From the NCBI GenBank assembly GCA_963737985.1, contig CAVTUU010000012.1, positions 9,157 through 73,156 on the forward strand: 64,000 nucleotides of DNA, written 5' to 3'. This document shows positions 62,080 through 64,000 of the stretch, piece after piece. The stretch is from an uncultured Chloroflexia bacterium. Its GTDB lineage: Bacteria; Chloroflexota; Chloroflexia; Thermomicrobiales; UBA6265. The notes under the pieces are model-generated. The model ran no database searches. It worked only from the letters and a program-made list of their open reading frames with translations, and was not told the DNA's origin. Numbering within the stretch: position 1 is the stretch's first letter; every line of letters begins with the position of its first letter. A program made the translations under genes and the position numbers.

Positions 62080-63082
62080 ATGCGCGTTAAGCGGGTTTCG
62101 TTTGTAAACAAGGCAGAAGCCGCGCTCGTCGACGAGGAACTCGATGCCGAGAACATTGGACCCACTGACGTTTTAGTCTCAACAGAAGCGAGCCTGATCA
62201 GCCCAGGCACAGAAACGGCAACTTACCTCGATCTCACTTTGCCAGATCGTATTGATCCGCCCGCATTCCCGCGACGGGTGGGATACGCAAACGTTGGCCG
62301 CGTCGTTTCAGCCGGGGTTGATTCGGGTCAAGCCAGGCGATCGCGTTTTTTCGATGGGCAACCATGTATCCGCATTCCGCATCGACACATCTCGCCAACT
62401 GTGCATCGCGGTACCGGAAAAATTGTCCTCGCCCCATGCGGCCTTTGCCCGAATGGCAGTGGTCTCAATGACCACGCTTCGCACCACCACTGCTCGCTTG
62501 GGAGATCGCGCCGCCGTCATTGGACTCGGCCTCGTCGGCAACCTCGCTGCCCAACTCTGCCAGATCGCCGGGATGAAAACGTCCGCGATCGACCTCGACC
62601 CATCACGCCTGGAAATCGCCGAACGAAGCGGTATCGGCTCAGTGCATTCCGCCGCTCCCGAAGATTTCCGGAGCACGTTTCAACTCGTGATTGAAGCAAC
62701 AGGATCAACGAGCGGCGGCGTTACCGCCGCCAATCTCGTCCAGCCGGGCGGAGAAGTGTCGATTGTCGGCACCCCTTGGGGCGCAGGTGATCCATCCTTG
62801 GGCGCTCATGCGCTCCTCGGTCGCGTTTTTGTCGGCTACGTCACTGTGCGCAGCGGTTGGGAGTGGCAAATTCCTATCCTGCCGCAGAAGCACCAAGCGA
62901 GTTCATTGCAATTGAGCGCTCGTTCGATTTTGGACTGGTTGGCAGAAGGGCGAATCAAGGTCGATCCGTTGCTTACGCATGTCGTCTCGCCCGCCGACTG
63001 TGACAAGGTTTATCAGGGCTTTGCCAATCGCACCGGTGGCGCCCTTGGCGTCGTCTTCGATTGGACATCTATTGCTATCTAG
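62080..63082 (+). pseudogene. Zinc-type (MDR) alcohol/sugar dehydrogenase, one frameshift near 62325
   Basis: GPTDVLVSTEASLISPGTE and GYANVGRVVSAG are in ORF 62080-62694. VKPGDRVF and the Rossmann motif VIGLGLVGNLAAQ are in ORF 62252-63082. Confidence 0.75.
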
Positions 63083-63142
63083 AAGCAGCGCGCGTCATTC
63101 GCCCCAACTGCAGCAGCGAGCCTCCGAACGAAGAGCAAACAA

Positions 63143-64000
63143 GTGATAGACGAGCGTTACGTTCTGGACGGTGACCGCACTAAGCTCATGTTGAGTCGCG
63201 GCGCCCGAACGATGACATCGCTTCTCCGTCCGACGTTCGGGCCACTCGCCCGGACCGTGGCAATCTCGGGCGCCCTCGCCGGGGAGAGCCCAGAGGTGCT
63301 CGACAGCGGCGCGATCATCGCGCGCCGTACCGTCCAACTGTGCGATCCATTTGAAGATATGGGCGGAATGATCATCCGGCAACTCGCCTGGACTCAATTT
63401 GATGAGTTCGGTGATGGAACGGTCACCGCCTGCCTTATCGCTCAGACGCTCATTGACAACGTGCTTCCATATCTCGCCGCCGGTGGTGATCCAAGGGAAG
63501 TGGCCCGGACCTGGAACGATTCGCTCCCAAACGTCTTCAACGCGCTTCAAGCGCAGGTGACGACCATTTCGTCGACTCAGGATCTGCGGGCCGTCATTTC
63601 AGGGTGCTTCGCGAGCCAGACCTCGCCGAGATGCTGACGGATGTGATGGACGCCGTGGGAATCTATGGTCACGTCACAATCGAAGATTCGGCGACGACCG
63701 AATCTGGATATCACTTCCTCGAAGGCATCGCCTGGCAAGAAGGATGGACTTCGGCCGCATTTGCTCGCGATGGTGACCGCTCTCTCACGTTCGACGAGCC
63801 AACCGTGTTTGTTTCGGAACAAGGGCTCGAAACTGCAGCCGAAGTACTGCCAGTGCTTGAAGCTTGCATCGAAACTGGTGAAAAGCGCCTCCTAGTCATC
63901 GCTCCCCACGTTGGTGACGCCGCACTGAACTTACTCCTTCTCAACCGAGAACGTGGTGTGCTCCAAGACGTTGTCGCCGTGCGGGCGCCGACTGACTGGA
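63143..64000 (+). pseudogene. Highly divergent GroEL/Cpn60-family paralog (partial, runs off the window), one frameshift at about 63602
   Basis: Collinear with GroEL: TFGPLARTV, FEDMGGMIIRQLA, GDGTVTACLIAQ, AAGGDP, then after a 1-nt shift in a G-run EPDLAEMLTDVMDAVG...VTIED...EGIAWQEGW...VLPVLEACIETGEKRLLVIA...VAVRAP. No groES upstream. Confidence 0.65.

Noticed and set aside
1-64000. Search for tRNA, rRNA, tmRNA, SRP RNA, integrase, transposase and CRISPR-cas.
   Set aside because: I recognised no T-loop/acceptor pattern, rRNA signature, DDE/tyrosine recombinase motif or repeat-spacer array. Absence is based on visual scanning only and should be confirmed with tRNAscan-SE, Infernal and ISfinder.

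Overview
High-GC bacterial chromosomal segment. Gene content and intergenic repeats are reminiscent of Chloroflexota/Thermomicrobia-like genomes, but I could not verify taxonomy. I recognise about 50 protein-coding genes and no rRNA, tRNA, CRISPR array, transposase or integrase. All functions are inferred by eye from translated motifs; no database search was run.

Content from left to right:
- 0.3-4.2 kb: a pair of ABC half-transporters, the first heavily frameshifted and the second intact.
- 4.5-10.6 kb: small redox proteins, two PIN-type toxin-antitoxin loci, a frameshifted DAHP synthase, TfoX and a methyltransferase.
- 10.7-13.2 kb: a multi-SH3b NlpC/P60 cell-wall hydrolase.
- 13.2-14.8 kb: a 1.5 kb ORF-free, hairpin-dense stretch.
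- 14.8-18.6 kb: hsp20, then a same-strand cluster of PLDc_N membrane protein, HDAC-family deacetylase, 386-aa coiled-coil protein and membrane protein.
- 18.6-27 kb: a DUF4352/SH3b secreted protein, an S9 peptidase, recA with a Cheo-type SOS box, and a large S8 protease with a discoidin domain.
- 28.0-35.3 kb: a protein of about 2,445 aa with about 17 Cna-B/SpaA-like repeats and an LPXTG-like C-terminal anchor.
- 36-49.6 kb: a YfhO-like GT-C membrane protein, an HTH-GAF regulator, and a redox/glycerol-3-phosphate cluster.
- 50.3-54.4 kb: a lower-GC islet with an XRE-ImmA/IrrE protease plus DUF4411 nuclease pair and an IPT/Ig-repeat ORF split by an in-frame TGA.
- 57.8-64 kb: a GntR-controlled sugar ABC locus whose downstream genes are riddled with frameshifts, ending in a divergent orphan GroEL paralog.

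Cross-cutting observations:
- About 28 reading-frame disruptions, clustered in a few genes rather than spread evenly.
- At least six families of short palindromic intergenic repeats, concentrated at convergent gene ends.
- Every interrupted secreted protein is broken near its 5-prime end.

The best candidates for something undescribed are the ImmA-DUF4411 islet with its neighbouring Ig-repeat ORF and the ORF-free structured region at 13.2-14.8 kb. Neither can be proven from sequence alone.
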